10,746 nucleotides of DNA from Candidatus Micrarchaeota archaeon. GTDB lineage: Archaea > Micrarchaeota > Micrarchaeia > Anstonellales > Bilamarchaeaceae. Under the pieces are notes generated by a model. It made no database searches. It worked only from the letters and a program-made list of their open reading frames with translations, and was not told the origin of the DNA. Every line of letters begins with the position of its first letter. The first letter of the stretch is position 1. The translations under genes and the position numbers were made by a program. Location: positions 1-10,746 of the forward strand of contig JBDRIM010000046.1 of NCBI GenBank assembly GCA_043816005.1, given 5' to 3'. Below, one piece after another: positions 8,722 to 10,746 of this stretch.

Positions 8722-9117
8722 ATGAAAAACAAATATCTCTTGGCTGTTTTTATAGGCCTACTCCTTCTCATGTGTAATACGTTGCTTAGTGCCGTATTCA
8801 ATATTATTTTTCCCACACTACAATCGGAATATGTCAATCCTGTATTTAGACCATGGACTGACCCAATAATGTCGCTGTTTTTCCTCTATCCAGTTGTACT
8901 TGGAGTAATACTTACTTATTTGTGGATTAGAACTAAAAAATCATGGAAAAACGGAATTGATTTTGGAGTTGTCTTAGGTATTTTAATGGCAGTGCCCTCA
9001 TTTATAGTTAACGTCAGTAGTTTTTCATTTTCTTTACTTATGGTTGGCTCATGGACACTATTTGGTTTTGTGAGTGTAATAGTCGCTGGTCTGGCGCTAG
9101 AAAAGTTAGAAAAATAG
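8722..9117 (+). CDS. Small integral membrane protein (about 4 TM helices), unknown function
   Basis: 131 aa with four hydrophobic stretches separated by a polar loop (QSEYVNPVFRPWTDP) and a basic loop (RTKKSWKNG). Confidence 0.8.
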   Translation: MKNKYLLAVFIGLLLLMCNTLLSAVFNIIFPTLQSEYVNPVFRPWTDPIMSLFFLYPVVLGVILTYLWIRTKKSWKNGIDFGVVLGILMAVPSFIVNVSSFSFSLLMVGSWTLFGFVSVIVAGLALEKLEK

Positions 9118-9146
9118 TCTCCTACTGGCATTTCTTTTTTAATATA

Positions 9147-9164
9147 GTTTTTTATACTAAAAAC
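9147..9164 (+). promoter_or_regulatory. Putative TATA box for a short-leader transcript, inside a short inverted repeat
   Basis: TTTATA at 9151-9156, 22-27 nt upstream of the ATG at 9178, within GTTTTT-TATACT-AAAAAC. Confidence 0.35.
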
Positions 9165-9177
9165 CTCAAATGAGATT

Positions 9178-9852
9178 ATGCAATTATCTGCACTGAAGAC
9201 AAATGTCTTGTTATTATATCTTATAGGGGTAATAGCACTTGGCCTTTTCTTTTTCGTACCTGCTGGCACAATCGATTATTGGCAGGCGTGGGTATACCTA
9301 TTCATACTATTTGTGCCTGCCTTTTTCGTTAGTTCCTATTTCTTAGGACGCGATCCTAAATTTTTAGAACGAAGAATGAAAATGAAAGAAAAAGAGATTG
9401 AGCAAAAATTAATCGTAAAACTATCTGGTGTTATTTTCTTAATTGGTTTTCTTATTCCAGGTTTTGATCGTCGTTTTGGGTGGTCAAGCATCCCATCAGA
9501 ATTCGTGCTTGTTGCAGAAGCATTTGTTGTTATTGGTTACATACTAATTTTTCTAGTGTTTAAAGAAAACCATTATGCATCACGCACAGTTGAAGTTGAA
9601 AAAGGCCAAAAAGTTATCATAACTGGGCCATATTCCATTGTAAGGCATCCTATGTATGTCGGTGTACTCGTTATGTTTTTAGCAACTCCCATTGCTCTTG
9701 GATCCTATTTTGCTTTGCCTATATTCTTACTAATGATACCTCTTCTAGTTTACCGAATTTTTAATGAAGAAAAAATTCTTCTGCGTGATTTAGCTGGTTA
9801 TAAAAAATTCTGTCAAAAAACTCGTTATAGGTTGATTCCATTTATTTGGTGA
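9178..9852 (+). CDS. Isoprenylcysteine carboxyl methyltransferase (ICMT/Ste14/PEMT) family membrane protein
   Basis: Multiple TM helices, then ENHYASRTVEV..GQKVIITGPYSIVRHPMY, EEKIL and the C-terminal YRLIPFIW typical of the family. Confidence 0.9.
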   Translation: MQLSALKTNVLLLYLIGVIALGLFFFVPAGTIDYWQAWVYLFILFVPAFFVSSYFLGRDPKFLERRMKMKEKEIEQKLIVKLSGVIFLIGFLIPGFDRRFGWSSIPSEFVLVAEAFVVIGYILIFLVFKENHYASRTVEVEKGQKVIITGPYSIVRHPMYVGVLVMFLATPIALGSYFALPIFLLMIPLLVYRIFNEEKILLRDLAGYKKFCQKTRYRLIPFIW

Positions 9853-9882
9853 ATTTTATTTTATGACCTAATATTCACCAAA

Positions 9883-10746
9883 TTATCTCACATACAAATC
9901 AACAAGGCGCATAAAATATTTTTTCTTTGTTTGTGTTAAGAATGATGCTTTAAATGAATTTTTTGCAAGTTCGACCAATTCTTTTTTTGTCAAACCAAGC
10001 ATGTTCGTCATTATTTGGTAATTTTCATCAACATATCCACCAAAATAAGCAGGATCATCTGAATTTATTGTGACTAACAATCCTGAATTCATCATCTTTC
10101 TAAGTGGGTGTTTTCGAAGATCTTTGACTACTTGTAATTTTAAATTTGAAAGTGGACAGACTGTTAATGGGAGATGTTTTCGTGCTAATACACATACTAA
10201 TTTCGGATTATCAAGAGCATGATTTCCATGGTCTACTCTAGATACTTTCAGTAGTGAAATCGCTTGATCAACATAGGCTGAGGGTCCTTCTTCTCCCGCG
10301 TGGGCAACAATTTGGAAACCTGCTTTTCTTGCTTTAGTAAAAACCCTTGTAAATTTTGATGGTGGGTTTCCTTTTTCCGAAGAATCCAAACCAACCGCAT
10401 AAATCCATTTCCTATAGGGTAGCGCTTCTTCAAATGTTTCAATTGCTTCTTTTTCAGACAGATGCCTTAGGAAACACATGATGATTTTTGAAGATATGGA
10501 AAATTTTTTGCGTGCTTTTACACATCCCATATGGATCCCATCAATAATTGTGCGAAATGGTATTCCTCTAGTAGTATGACTTTGTGGATCGAAAAAAATC
10601 TCAGCATGTTTCACTCCCTGTTTATGTGCTTTTGAGAAATAGGCAATTGTTAATTCATAGAAATCTCTTTTTGTGAGTAAAACTTTACATCCTTCGTAGT
10701 ATATATCAAGGAACTCTTGTAGATTTCGAAACTTATATGCTTTTTT
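9883..10746 (-). CDS. Adenine deaminase of the adenosine deaminase family (5'-partial)
   Basis: The frame stays open beyond the GTG at 10614 to the window edge (KKAYKFRNLQEFLDIYYEGCKVLLTKRDFYELTIAY...). Motifs EIFFDPQSH, CFLRH, GLDSSE, HAGEE, RVDHG, CPLSN, NSDDPAYF. FFDPQxH and LQEFLDxYY fit the adenine-specific (Pa0148/Aah1-like) branch; the N-terminal HxH lies outside the window. Confidence 0.9.
   Translation of the reverse strand, partial: KKAYKFRNLQEFLDIYYEGCKVLLTKRDFYELTIAYFSKAHKQGVKHAEIFFDPQSHTTRGIPFRTIIDGIHMGCVKARKKFSISSKIIMCFLRHLSEKEAIETFEEALPYRKWIYAVGLDSSEKGNPPSKFTRVFTKARKAGFQIVAHAGEEGPSAYVDQAISLLKVSRVDHGNHALDNPKLVCVLARKHLPLTVCPLSNLKLQVVKDLRKHPLRKMMNSGLLVTINSDDPAYFGGYVDENYQIMTNMLGLTKKELVELAKNSFKASFLTQTKKKYFMRLVDLYVR

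Noticed and set aside
8916..9269. 117-aa minus-strand ORF
   Set aside because: It is antisense to two convincing membrane protein genes and has no motif support.
10612..10614. GTG start of the deaminase, or a truncated pseudogene
   Set aside because: Conserved deaminase sequence continues in frame for 44 more codons to the window edge; the truncation is a window artefact.
1..10746. CRISPR array, tRNA/rRNA, IS element, prophage or defence system
   Set aside because: I saw no regularly spaced repeats, terminal inverted repeats, transposase, integrase or nuclease motifs, and the intergenic gaps are only 1-160 nt and AT-rich.

Overview
AT-rich, gene-dense window dominated by a complete minus-strand glycine cleavage operon, gcvT-gcvH-gcvPA-gcvPB-lipA-lpdA (7907 to 1537), which carries its own lipoyl synthase and L-protein. 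On the left is a 5'-truncated hypothetical protein whose C-terminal domain has a candidate His/Cys (clan CD-like) protease signature. On the right are a divergent His-rich HAD-like hydrolase, a small 4-TM membrane protein, an ICMT-family membrane methyltransferase and a 5'-truncated adenine deaminase. The expression signals (TGA/GTGA 4 nt before most ATGs, TATA-like boxes, oligo-T tracts without hairpins) look archaeal, so a small-genome archaeon is inferred but not proven. I saw no RNA genes, mobile elements or CRISPR arrays. Most of the window is recognisable metabolism; the best novelty candidates are the putative protease, the atypical HAD protein and the unexplained octanoyl supply for LipA.
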